A stretch of 62,944 bases of DNA, the filler included, from Octopus bimaculoides (taxonomy: Eukaryota): the NCBI RefSeq assembly GCF_001194135.2. It is 7 parts of 7 records of this genome, joined end to end, with 100 filler letters (N's around TTAATTAATTAA, not from the genome) between each part and the next. Parts side by side here need not be neighbours in the genome. Positions count along the whole stretch, not along the records: positions 25,018 to 41,024 come from NC_068984.1; positions 41,125 to 55,678 come from NC_068986.1; 5 more parts are not named here. One strand, written 5' to 3'. A model generated the notes under the pieces. It was not told where the DNA came from. It did no database searches and saw only the letters and a list, made by a program, of their open reading frames with translations. Shown here one piece after another: positions 37,591-51,072 of this stretch (position 1 is the stretch's first letter; each line of letters starts with the position of its first letter). The position numbers and the translations under genes are program-made.

Positions 37591-37995
37591 TATCTCAGTT
37601 TATATATTTTTATATCAGTCTGTTCATGTATTCAAATAATGTATCTTTGTAAACTAGACGCAAGACTAATAAAAATATTTATTGGAGAAATATGCAGCTA
37701 ATTCATTGAATGTCAGTATATGAATAGTGTTCATTACATCAACCCCTGAAGTTATGGGGACAAAAGGCTGTAAAGTCGATCCCGGAAGGATTTGAACACA
37801 AAAGCAAGATTGAATCTTAACACTAATGATGTTTCTTATCAACACTAGTATCTCAAAATTTCAAATAAAATTTTTAATTAAAAAATAATAGAATTTGCTT
37901 TAGGAGAAAACATTTCAAGATGTAATTTAACATCATCATCATCATCATTGTCGTTGTCATCATCATTTAATGTCCCCTTTTCCATGTTAGTATCT

Positions 37996-38176
37996 GGAGG
38001 CATGTGGCTTAGTGGTTAGGGTATTGGACTCGTGATCGTAAGACTGTGGTTTCGATTCTTGGACTGGGAAATGCATTGTGTTCTTGAGCAAAACACTTCA
38101 TTTCACTTTGCTCCAGTTCACTCAGCTGGCAAAAATGAGTGATTCTGTGATGGACTGGCATCCAATCCAGAGTGAG

Positions 38177-38180
<4 letters not shown>
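37996..38180 (+). mobile_element. tRNA-derived SINE family D (V-domain-like)
   Basis: A box tggcttagtggtt, B box ggtttcgattc, then ttgagcaaaacac and tgatggactggcatccaatccag. Reverse fragments at 6105-6190 and 36400-36495. Confidence 0.65.
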
Positions 38181-38234
<54 letters not shown>

Positions 38235-38687
38235 CACAGAAACTGGGAAGCTGACTCTATGAGTCTACATGAATCAGAAAGAAACGCTGCTCTATACTAT
38301 GAGTTCAGATCATACCAAAGTTAATTTTGTATTTCATCTTTTGAAGTTGATAGATAGAGCATAAGTAAATCAGTAATCAAAGGCATTCCGGTCATGACCA
38401 GCCCGTCATTCCCTGAGATATTACTTATGAGGACAACATGATCCAATGCATCCTGTCTTTTTTCAAGATATTAGCACATAATTTGAGGGAGATTTGCCTG
38501 TTATTTCTAGAAGATGGAGCAACCATGATGGCAGATGCTATCTCAATGCACAACTCAGAAAATCATCACTTATCTTCTAACATTCATATACATTCCACTA
38601 ATGTCAGCTATGTTGTTACAATGCTAACCCATTACCCTAAAGAAAGAGAAAGAGAAAGAGAAGAAAAAAAAAGAGGAAGGGAGAGAC

Positions 38688-38816
38688 CTGTTGAGGTGTT
38701 ACATAACTGAGACATCCTGGATCTATAAATGAGATTGTAAGGTCTCCATTGGCTTTGATGAAACCTTGGTACATAGCAGTAGATTGATCCTTTATTTGCA
38801 ACACACCACTTGTATC
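38688..38816 (-). CDS. PfkB-family kinase, second identified exon
   Basis: atattttacag|GAT...CAG|gtctct, 129 nt, phase 0-0. DTSGVLQIKDQSTAMYQGFIKANGDLTISFIDPGCLSYVTPQQ fits the lid region (DTSGV...TA.Y....G.L). The donor is weak, but read-through hits an in-frame TAG 51 nt later. Confidence 0.8.
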
Positions 38817-38939
38817 CTGTAAAATATATGGTTAAAGATTAAGGTAATTTGAGGTTAATAGAAGTTTTAATAATTATTCCCCTCTCTCACTCTCTGGGAG
38901 AGAGGCACAAGCACATACACAGAAATATACACACACGGC

Positions 38940-39095
38940 AGTAACTTCCGCCTACCAAATTCAATCACAAAGCTTCAGTCGGCTCGGGGCTATAGCAGAA
39001 GACACTTGCCCAAGGTGCCACGCGGTGGGACTGAACCCGAAACCATGTAGCTGGGAAGCAAGCTTCCTAACCACACAGCCATGCCCGCACCTACC
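38940..39095 (-). mobile_element. SINE family A 5' half, reverse
   Basis: ttccgcctaccaaattc...gacacttgcccaaggtgccacgcggtgggactgaacccg...cacagccatgcccgcacc. Confidence 0.8.
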
Positions 39096-39181
39096 ATTAA
39101 CTACTGAAAACTGGGTCTTTGAATTCTTTTGCACTACATGCTCAGCAGAGATGTCTGTTGATTACCAGAACAATACTTTAA

Positions 39182-39400
39182 CTCTTTAGCATTTAAACAA
39201 GCCATATCCGACCCAAATATTTGACTTGTTTTATGTTCAAACTGGCCAATTCTGGCCTCTCACACCTACCCTACAATATCATTCTAAAAATAAACAATCA
39301 CACCATCTCAATCTCAAATCTATGAGATAATGCATAAGTAATTTGAAGACTATGAATAAATAAACTTTACAGTCAACAGATTAATTTGAATGCTAAAGGG
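39182..39400. mobile_element. piggyBac-like MITE
   Basis: TTAA|ctctttagcatt...aatgctaaaggg|TTAA; homologous to 34103-34313. Confidence 0.8.
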
Positions 39401-40216
39401 TTAATTGTAATTAAGGATGGCAAGTATGTGGGAAGGGTCATCTCAGCTCTAACTGACCATAACAAAAGACAAATAGACTTTTTTTTAAGACTTAGTTGAA
39501 GAAAGGATGGCAAAGCCCATAACTTTTTGCAAGAGCTCTGAGACTGATGAAGGAAAGGGAAGAGGTAGGATGACATGGTTGATAAATTGGTATCTACTCA
39601 ATCATATGTGTGGTATATGTATCATATATCTTGTGATTAGTTATATACTTTATCATACATCATATACTATATCATCTATTAAATATCATACAAGATGTAT
39701 GCATGCATCTACATGCGCATATGTATAACTTGTGTGTGTGTGTGTGTGTACACACATACATATCAAGGTGTAAATAGAATAATTTATAATATTTTGAACC
39801 CAAAACAGAAGAAAAAATAAAATAAAAAAAGAACTTTTGTATTATATTTATATAATTTTACTTATTTTTTTATTAATAATTTATTTATATATCTCATTCT
39901 TCAGGTTCGTTACTTTATATTTGATGCCTGGCTATTCTCTCTCTATCTGCACACACACACACACATCGTCTCACATCAGTGTTCTTTGACACTAGAAAAC
40001 TTTTGTAAAAACACAGTTGTTTCCCTTTAATATCGACAAATCTATCGGCTGTCAAAATTTTCTTGGAAGTCATATATGACACCTGACTCTAACATGTTAC
40101 TCTATCTCAAACCTATTTGAGATGGAGTAAACTCCACCACCACCACCACCACCACCACCTTAGTTGGTTTATCACTAACTTCAACAGAAAGAGATTATGG
40201 AAAACATAATACTTAC

Positions 40217-40381
40217 AATATCTTTGCAGCTTTCTTTGAAATAATGGCCAAAGAAATCATGTCCTATAGCAGACACAAAAACTGGTTGCTTCCCTATTTT
40301 GCCCAAGCAGTTTGCAATGTTATATCCAACTCCAGCAAAACACTGAGTACTGGAAACAGAATTTTTTGAACCACTTTTAAT
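40217..40381 (-). CDS. PfkB-family kinase (pseudouridine kinase-like), first identified exon
   Basis: tctttgcag|ATT...ATT|gtaagt, 165 nt, phase 0-0. IKSGSKNSVSSTQCFAGVGYNIANCLGKIGKQPVFVSAIGHDFFGHYFKESCKDI resembles the PfkB N-terminal signature (GG..N.A..L..LG....V..VG.D..G). Confidence 0.88.
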
Positions 40382-40749
40382 CTGCAAAGATAGCAAGGTT
40401 TTAAGTAGAGTAACATATTGTTAATCATTTTCAGTGTCAGAGAGAAAAAAATATGACATTCTAAGATATAAATTCCTTATTGTTAAAGAATTAAGACCCT
40501 GAGAAGTAAAGTGAACTATTAAAACGATCTTTTTTTTCTTCTTTAGATAAAACGTATTAAGTTTATTATGGTTTTCAATAACATATAAGATGCACCTTTT
40601 GCCAAAAAAATATCTCAAAGAAAATCACTCCCGGTCCAATGTGTCAAGTTGTTTTAAATATTAAAAAGCTTTTTTTTTATTTTATGAATATGCACTGCTG
40701 AAATTGGGGTACATCTAATATACCAATATGCCATTTATGCCATCAAATA

Positions 40750-41024
40750 CAGGGTCCCCCGATCCCTTATCTGGTGGTCAATGAGGAAACTTGGGATAGA
40801 AGAATGGCTAGTGAGAGCTGTGCGAGCCATGTACAGAGATGCGGCCAGTAAGGTGAGGGTTGGAAATGAGTACAGCAATGAATTCCGGGTAGAGGTAGGG
40901 GTCCACCAAGGTTCCGTCCTCAGCCCCCTATTATTTACCATAGTCCTCCAGGCAATCACAGAGGAGTTCAAGACAGGTTGCCCCTGGGAGCTCCTCTATG
41001 CTGATGACCTTGCCCTAATTGCGG
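40750..41024 (+). mobile_element. RTE-clade LINE reverse transcriptase fragment, open frame, cut by a gap
   Basis: RVPRSLIWWSMRKLGIEEWLVRAVRAMYRDAASKVRVG...GVHQGSVLSPLLF...WELLYADDLALIA (QG..LSP and YADD motifs). Confidence 0.93.
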
Positions 41025-41194
41025 NNNNNNNNNNNNNNNNNNNNNNNNNNNNNNNNNNNNNNNNNNNNTTAATTAATTAANNNNNNNNNNNNNNNNNNNN
41101 NNNNNNNNNNNNNNNNNNNNNNNNTGTATGTATGTATGTATATGTATGTATGTATATGTATGTATGTATATATATGTACGTATATATATGTGTG

Positions 41195-41236
<42 letters not shown>

Positions 41237-42486
41237 CCGAAATTTTTTATATCACTAAGACCAGTTAGTGAAAGTTTAAATTTGAAGTCTTAAAGTTTTT
41301 TTTATTTTTATGTGGGGAGGTTAAGTAACTAGTGCTACCACGCTATCTTAAACGCAGCGAGGTGTTGTAGATGCTTCGCTTTAAACAATTGCAACTATTC
41401 ACCCAAATCATGGCCCGCGTTCGGCAGTTTTCTCCAAAATGTACAATTATATAAGAGATTTTGTTAATTTTAAAATAATAGCCTAATCACGTAGACACAG
41501 AAACGAGAAAACAGTTGTCTGTTAAATGATATTTAAAAACAAAGAAAAACATAAAGCACTTTATTTTCTATTTAAGCAATATAATCTTACATAACAATTC
41601 ATAAGTCAAATATTTTGGTGGGTTTTTTCTCTCTCTTCACAAAAAATTATTGCACTACAAAAGCTTTATTTTTGACATTTTTATATTGCTTTGTTTAATT
41701 GCTTATCAAAAGTAAGGTATCCTCCAAAACCTTTATGTAACATATTTGGGGTACAGCAATGCCTTAACAACATTGTCTGTTTCCGATATTTGAATATTTT
41801 TTACTACTGTTTTATTTAATGTTTCGAACATTTAAATGATATATCGCTAAATTGCAACATATATGATCAATTTTATTCATTAATATGTATTGTGTACCCA
41901 GGAAAAAATGATTATGTAACTTTTGAGATATGCTTTGTAACTGAATCCAGTTGAATTCTGAATCTATTGCAGCTGATATAATTATTTCAAAGTAAAGTAA
42001 ACATGTTTGCATTAAAAAAATTAAAGTGAATTTGAATAATTAAGATTGCGTCAAAACGCTTTCAGATGCTAATTAAAATATACTTTATCAATAATGGCTA
42101 TTTTCACATTTTATTGCAGATTTTGTAAAATATTCGTTGAAAATTATCTAATTTTCTCAAATATGATTTTAAAACATTTTAATCCGTTTTCTGAAATCCC
42201 GTTATCTTTGTTGTTGTCTTTTGTTCCCACCCCACCCGTTTCTGAAAAATTATATAAGGTTTATCCTTTTATCCACAGTGCATTAAAGAGAACATGTGGC
42301 ATGAATTGTTACAATATTACAATTAAAATTATTCGTTTCCAATATTTGAACAGGTGTTTAATATTTCAATGATAGTTCAAGGCCGTTAGTTTGGTGGTGT
42401 ACGTGCCGACTGTTGTTTTCCTGAAATAAACTTCTGAGACGTGTGTGTCATGTGGGCGTGCGTCAGTGTGTATATGCATGTACATG

Positions 42487-42549
<63 letters not shown>

Positions 42550-44908
42550 CATACACTCACACGTACGTGTGTATATTGTATATTATATAATATACATGAC
42601 TGTGTATTAGATAAAGTAGGAAATATTTGTAAACACCAACATCGGAGGTGTCCTTCTACTATTACATAATAGATATAAGTCCGTCACAAATGTTGGTGAT
42701 ATAATCGCTTGAATTAGGATGAAAACCTATTCAGCATGTTACGAACAACAATGTGTGCATGTCGATGTGCTAAATTAGCTGTTTATGGTATTCAACAATT
42801 ATCTGGAGAAAGTTCAATTTTTATCATGGCCAATTCTAAAGTAATATCTTTAGTTTGCCAAGACTTCAAGGGAGATCTGAATACAATTGAAGTCAAGCAA
42901 ATCATTTTTCGTTGTCATTCAGTTACCTTTAATCCTCTCCGTCGGTTTAATTGCACTGAATCATTTACCAACTTTAAAAATAATTAAAAACACCCCCCTT
43001 CCCCGCGAATCCTATTGGAGTTCTGTTCAGAGGTCAGAGTATTTAAACCTAAAACAAAAAATAACGTTTAATTTCTAAGTTTTACGTACAAAAATTTATT
43101 TTAATTTCAGTTCGCATCTAGGAAGCTTTATAATGTTTGCCTTCTGTCCGCTACTTATTTTAAATCCCCAATTACTAAGTCTGGAAGGAGTTGTGCTTAA
43201 TCGTAGACCAAAGGTTCGAATCTTATAAAGCAAGATAAAACACAACTACGTTTCAAATGAGTGGAAAATAGTTTTCCGAGGCACTTTGTCTCAAAAAGTG
43301 TTGAAAAATATAAAGTATATGAAATTTCAACTTTCTATTTAACATGTAATGGAAGCGCGAGTTAAAGCACTTAATCTAGATTTTGTAGATTAAAGTTAAA
43401 GATTATCTAAATATATAAAATGAATAAAGATTACCAAAATTTAAAAGAACTATAGAAATTCTAATTTATTCTCTCTAATATTTATATTTTAAAAAGCGGG
43501 TAATGAGCAATTCGAACAGGATAATGATTGATATAAGCAGACATTCTAGGCACTTCAGATGAAGTTATATAACGAGTATATAACCTCACAAATTTGGACA
43601 TTTTAGAATGTAAAGCTTTAAGGTAGTAACATCAAAGAAATCATATGTTCATGTTTTCTGGTGGCAATCTACAAAAATTACTAAAAATCCTAATAGTCCA
43701 TTTTATTTCTAATAGGTATAAAGTAATGGAGTAAAAAAAAAAAAAAAAGATATTTTATTTTCTGTAAAATTCAAATCTGAATTTCCACGTTTTGCTACAT
43801 ATGGAAATAAATCATTTGTTTATTAGCATCATTTAAATAGCTATCTTTAAAGATAAAACAAAAATTTTCATTTTTAATTTTCTTTTTATTTAGATTGGCC
43901 TGTACGTGACATGCTACCCTACCTATATATTCGTAATTATTGCGTTATCATCTAGTCTGGCAGTTTTTTCCCCCGTCAGTATTGGTCAGTTACGTAAGAC
44001 TGTTCTGAGTCGACGATCTCTGTTAAACAAAAAGTGGACAAGGATTTCGTTACAGATCATTTATCAATATGATATATTACTGATGATGATTTTCAATGTA
44101 TCTTCTCCATAACGTGATATTCATTGGCGACGAATAAATGAGTATTGAAATTATTTCTAAAAGTTAATTATGTCAAGTTGTTTATCCCCTGGTCAGCCTT
44201 GATTCAATCGATCTATGATCAAAAGTAATCCAAACCTTTTCCTTTCTCACTATATATATATATATATATCTTAAATTACATGGGTCAATGCATCGATACT
44301 CCTTTTTTTTTTTCATAGTTATGATTTGAGTGAGATTTGATTGTCATTTCCAGCATGTTGAGTAACCCACGTAGATATTGGCTCTTAATTGCGTCGAAGC
44401 AAAGGTGTTTAACACGCACTTAATAACTATTCCTCTTAATGTTGGAGACATAGTCTAGATAAGTGCAACTGTATTGTGAGTGTATATGCGTTTTGTGTGT
44501 GTGTGTGTGTATTTCATGTATGAGTTTATACATAGTATATACGTGTGTTACTCTTTTACTGGTTTCAGCCAGAGACTGGGGCTATCTAAACGTGTGCTAT
44601 ATATACACACATAATATATACATACATACTATACAAGCATGTCTATATATACAAGCAATATATATGCCCTAATTATATATATGCATACATATAATATACT
44701 TGTGTGTGTGTGTATATGTATGTATGTATAAACAGAGTAGTTTAGTTTATTTGAAGCATTGTGAAGTAGTTAAAAGTGATTCAGAAAGGAATTTGGAAAT
44801 AGAGGAGTGAAACGGAAACAAAAATTGAACATTTTTATGTTATATCTCAATATTTCAGTTTTAAATAGTCAATGTATGTATGTGTGTGTATGTGTGCATC
44901 ACACACAC

Positions 44909-44945
<37 letters not shown>

Positions 44946-45673
44946 TGTGTATGTACACACAGATACATACACACATGTTACATATTTATTGTATGGAGGT
45001 ATATGTTATATAACGTGTGTATATGTACATGATAGATAGATGAACACGCACGTATACACACACACACATGTATGGATGTGTGTGTATATATTATGGATGG
45101 TTCTCCGTCGGTTTTGCCAATAAGAATTCAGTTGTTCGATCATCTGCTCATTGAATCAGCGTGTCAGTGGCTGAGCATTCCATACACGTGTACTTTTAAC
45201 GTGTTGCAGAATCAGTGTGACACAGCGTATGAAAAGGCTGCACTTTTGAATTAGAAGTGCAATCCATCCAAACTATAGTTTCAGCGTCACTAGTACCATT
45301 CAAAAGGCGTGGATCAATCCTAAGCAATAGAAAGTGATATTTGTCCAATGCTACGCATTGGGATCGAACAGAAGGACTCTTGGTTACAAAGCAAGTTTCT
45401 TAACCGTTCGGCCATTTGCCGTGTGTGCGCGCGCGCATATGTTATATAATACTCATAATGTATGGGTGGTTGTTATATAATGTGCATGTATGTATATGTA
45501 TTAAATATGTGTTAATGTGCATGTATATATGTATAATGCATATATATTATATAACATATATATAGTGTATGGTTGTGTGTAAATAGTATTGCCTATGTAT
45601 AAGATTATATCTATGTACATTATATATGTGTGTGCGTGTAAGCTATACATGTGCAAATATATACATACTTATT

Positions 45674-45765
<92 letters not shown>

Positions 45766-45859
45766 ACATATACATATATATTATATAACATTCATATGTG
45801 TGTTATATGATGTGTATATATGCACACATAGCATGCAATGTATGGATGATTATGTAATC

Positions 45860-45892
<33 letters not shown>

Positions 45893-46409
45893 NNNNNNNN
45901 NNCACACATATATATATATATATATATATACATATATATACAGAATTCAAGGAAACTGGTGGTGGTTTACGTTAGCAAACATAGTGCTTGTTGGTATAAA
46001 AAGTAAAATTATTTGAGTTGCTATATCTTTTTGAGTGGAAGTCACCGCCATTTTGGGCGAAGTCCTTGTTCACAGAAACGTTTGGTGCATCTACAAAGGA
46101 ATAATCCGGTTAAACCCACACCATTATGGGAAGAATAGTTCGCTAGTATTTGTTCCAGTCTTTTACCTTAATTCAAATTTAGCCCAGGTCAGCATTGCCT
46201 TTCATTCTTTCGGGGACGGTGATGTAAGGTACCAGTTAACTATTGGGGATTTTGATGTAATCGTCTAACCCCTCTTACCTCAAAATCGTTGTCCTTGTTT
46301 ATAAATTAGAAAGTAATAAGAAACCCTACACCCTGTCACCACAGGTGTCTCTAAACACAAATTGTTTGTGCTTGTGAAAATATATTTTGCATAATATCTG
46401 TGTAATTAT

Positions 46410-46712
46410 ACATATACATATATACACACATTTATGTGTATGTATGTATACACATGCATATATATGCATGTATGTATACACATGCATATATATGCATGTA
46501 TGTATACACATGCATGTGTGTATACACATGCATGTATATATGTATGTATACATGTGTATGTAGGTATACATGTGTATGTATATATGTATACATACATACA
46601 TGCATGTATGTATACATGTATACACATACATGCATGTATGTATGCACATGCATGTATGTATACATATGCATGTATGTATACACATGAATATATATGCATG
46701 TACTTATGCACG

Positions 46713-46770
<58 letters not shown>
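46410..46770. repeat. Compound (TGCA/TACA/TA) minisatellite ending in (TG)n
   Basis: Repeated gtatgtatacacatgcatatatatgcat-like units; source of many spurious ORFs. Confidence 0.85.
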
Positions 46771-46779
<9 letters not shown>

Positions 46780-47326
46780 CAGCATTTTCAGATGGAATGA
46801 GATACAATATACACAAGTGTTTCACTTCATGATTGTGAAATTAGATTTAGAGAAAAACATTCTACTCTACAAAACAATTAGATACAGTCATAAATTTAAT
46901 TTTTTCAAAACTTTACACTTGTCCTGACATGAAAAAAAAAACTGAAGTCCAACAACAAAAAATCGAAAAGAAAGAATATTACGTAAACACTGTCACATGT
47001 TTCTTATGTAATTGATTTAGTTAACGAAATCAAGCATAATCAGTTTATTATTTATTATCTATTGTATATGATAATTGCTAGAACTGAAAGCTATGTCAGT
47101 ATTGCACATTCCAAATGATCTGCGTATTTCATATCATGACTGATCAGTAATGTTAAATAAACTGGGAGGGGAGTGCTTTGGTTTTGGTGTTATTAATTAG
47201 TAATTTAAAAAAATGTAAATTTGATTCGTATCATGTTTTCGATTGCCATACTTAAAATAAAAGCTAACCTCAGTGATTAGCACTTTAATGTACGTCACCT
47301 TCTTAGACCAACGCAAAACGAGCTTT

Positions 47327-47362
<36 letters not shown>

Positions 47363-47528
47363 ATATACACATACACACACACATATATACACTCTGTTGT
47401 GTCTGGGGAGAGTCATTCTCTTTTAGTGCCTTATAATTTAACACACTCACCGGTAAAATTTCCACTCATTTCATACTTTATTTTTCTAAAATTTTCGTTG
47501 CGTCTTGCAACCTTTTCAATAGTTGTTG

Positions 47529-47584
<56 letters not shown>

Positions 47585-50500
47585 TTCTATATATATACAC
47601 ACACACACAAATGTACAAACTTTGCGTGTGTGTGTCTTTGAGAAAGAATGCGAAAAATTTGAAGTCAGTGTTTTGAAATTAAATTAAAACCAGGTAACAT
47701 CCACTGAAAACGGGTAATTCTATTCAAGAGAGGAGCCTAAATGTTTTATTAAACATCACTCAGAATGACGGGTGACTTCAAAGTTTTTGCCTGCTGTAGC
47801 TCACCACATGTTCATGCATGCATACACACATAAATACAGTGGATATGGGTGGCTGGGAGGATTGATTGATTACATAACGGAAGCTTAGTCACTGTTTACA
47901 TAACATAACCAAACAATATAATCAAAATAAAACGCCAACCTATATTTAAATATATGAAACGTATTACGCCACTCAGTAATACTGAAACGTTACATAATAC
48001 TACATATACTCAAAATTTTCAAACGAATTACATAACAAGCATTGTTCTTTTCTCGTTTTAAACATTTAGCCGTCTGTGATAATTCCATTCACATTTAGGA
48101 TGTGTGAAAAGAATATATAACTCAACCTATTGACTGGTATTTTATTTTTTCAGCTCCAGAAGTATGAAGTACTTAATTTTATATTTATTTCCCAAAACTA
48201 CTTGACCCCGCCTTTTGAAGAATTGTCTTTTGAGGACCTGTTGAAAATAATCGTATACAATTAGTTTACTCGATTTTTCCCTAGGTGAAAATGTCTGATG
48301 GGCTTGTATCCATGCGTGACGTTCACAGCTGGTCTAATTCTACAATAATTGTTTTTTTTTTGTTTTTTTTTGCGGGGTGGGGTATTCATAGCAAGGTCCA
48401 ATAATTTGTTAACGAAAAAATATTTATGTATCTAAACCGAAAGAAGGTGCATATATATTAAATTAATTTTTTGAATTGTTTTCCGTATTAATGTAGGATT
48501 GATCACATCACTGTCTGGTACTTGGCGGGGTGGAGTTGTGAGGTGATTACGGGCTTGCTGTTGTCCTCTAGCCCCAGGTCAGCTCTGATGGAGCGAACCT
48601 ATGATCAAAAGCAAAGCTCTCTCCCTCCAGTAGTTTCTAGAACTACATTATATTGTGTGTCCTTCCTGTTTAAGGAGACTATAGTATGTTTCAAAGGAAA
48701 TTTAGCTGCTATTTCTTGCGGGCCAAACGACCGCGTAGAGACATTCCCTGGGCGATTTGTGACGGTTACGTTTAGGTATGCCTGGTAAGGAGACAATTGC
48801 ATTACGATTGTAGTTCATGGGATGATAGCGCTTAAATACAGAGCTAAGAAAGTGTGATATGATAATAGGTGTCAGACGGGAGAGACATTGAGCAATTTCA
48901 ATGCGGTGGATGCCATTTTTAATGTGAGTAAATCCAACAAATAAATGACGCCATATATTGCAGGTAGTTTCAAATTCCAGATGTGTACTTAATTCTTACT
49001 CCAAAAAAGAATCTGAATTAAATTTTAAACTACAAACTTAGGGAACTAATATTGAAACTGAACTGTTATTTAAACAGAAATTAACAAAAGCTTATATCGA
49101 TTAGAAATCCTTTTCCATTTTTTAATTTGGTTCCGGGCATTCAATTTATCACTTATTCTGATCCTCCTCCCATCCTACCCATGGTTTTAATTATCAATAG
49201 TTAAGTATTAGTATTATGAAATTTTGCTTGACTTTGCAAGGTTTACGTCATAAAATATTATCAAGAAATCATTCCTAAGATATTCAACCTCAATTATATA
49301 TGCGAGCGAGCGCACGCACATACACACACATATACGCACGCACACATACACATATACGTGCACACATACACATATATACGTGCGCACGTACACATATATA
49401 TGTGTGCACGTACACATATATACGTGCGCGCGCGCACTGGAAGATTTATTGTTAAGAGCTTCTTAAAGTAGTTTTAAGAATTCTTGAGACAAAGATAAAA
49501 GAGTATATCAAATTCGGTTAAACCTCTCAATACCTATGTCTGTGAACATGCACAACTAAAAAAAAAACATGATATATTTTAAATGTTACACATGTGTAAC
49601 TTTTCAACAATGATTGCATTAGGATTTTTTTCCATTTATTGAATGGGGGAGGGAGTTCTGGAGAAAGGGATCTATGCTTATAGCTTTCACAGGCACTTAA
49701 ACCAATATTTTTAAAGAAAATGTGTTGTTTGAAAACTGTAAAATAAATGGCCACAAATACAGAATATTGTTTTCAGTCTCTTTCATATTAAATGAAACAA
49801 AATCATCACTTTTTATATTTTTAATTGTGATAAATAGTTTAAAAACATCAGAACAATAAATCATAAGTAATTATCTTAGGAGATAGGTGTGGAAAATATA
49901 AATAAAATGATGTATTCAATGTGCCTTATCAGATGCGCAAAATGTTTGCTTTTTGTAATAACTGCACAGCACACGCCCACTAATGAATTGTGTTTGTTCG
50001 TGGATCGATGAACGAATAACACATTTTTGTATGTATGTATGAACGGATGTATGTGTGTATGTTTAGGCATGTCTGAGTAGTTAATAAATTCACTTTGCAA
50101 TCATGAGGTCCTGCGTTTGATCCCTCTGTGCAACATTTAAGGTCAGGTGGATCCAAACTTTGTCGGAGGATTTTTTTTTTTTAATGGTCTTTTTGGTTTT
50201 TTTAACATTTTAAAAATGTATTTTCATTATACTTTCTTCCTGAAATATCTGTATGCTTTAATTTGACAAATTTTAACAAATGTGTAAATCTCTGTAACCT
50301 GACAAAATATATACAATATAAAAAAAGGGAAAGAAATGAGGAGACCACTATGTAATTACTTAGTATTCTAGAAACGGAAGTCAAATTCCCATCTCAAATC
50401 AAAACCCATTGCCTCATTAGAACACATTAGATAATTTAGTTCCTAAATCCACTTTGTCAAGAGGAGGGAGTAAAAACATGATGGTCATGGCTGTAAGACA

Positions 50501-51072
50501 TTTGATCATAGTTTGATTGTTATCTGACCTTTAGTCATTTCTATATTATTTTTGATCATAAACTCTGCTTATGGGTTGACCTTTAGGTTGTAAAGCCTTT
50601 TGATCATAGGTCTGCCTATGGGCTGATCTGGCCGATACAACAAAATCAAGAAAAAGGACAAGTATCTGAGGAGAACTAGAACAGCACCACAGAAACTTTG
50701 AAACAGCCTGCGAGTGCAAGTTCAGTTAGGCAAATGCTCTGCATAGCAGAAGCCAGCAGGTTACAGGGGTCATCAGGAGAGAATGCGTAGTTTTTGGACC
50801 TTCCTCTCCGTAGCCTTACAGCACACCAGCTCTCCCCTCCCTCACAGATGAAAGGCTTCACCTATTGTTTCGACTGACTAGTATTCAACCATAAGTCCAT
50901 TTTGGGATTATCACCTCTCCAGCCAGATTTTGTTATTCCTTTTCGGCTATGTCCCATGGCTGGCCCTCTCCACTATCACCTATATCTCATTCAAGATGGC
51001 ATTTGCTTGCCAATGTTGGTTACTAATTGATAGCAGCCACCATATCAATCTGATTTCAATAAAACCCCTATA

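Noticed and set aside
37996-38070. tRNA-like A and B boxes
   Set aside because: They continue into a SINE body and lack a complete cloverleaf, so this is not a tRNA gene. The same applies to the family A and B heads.
42094-43078. Several 60-90 aa ORFs in AT-rich unique DNA
   Set aside because: No domain motifs or consistent splice signals; lengths are within chance expectation.
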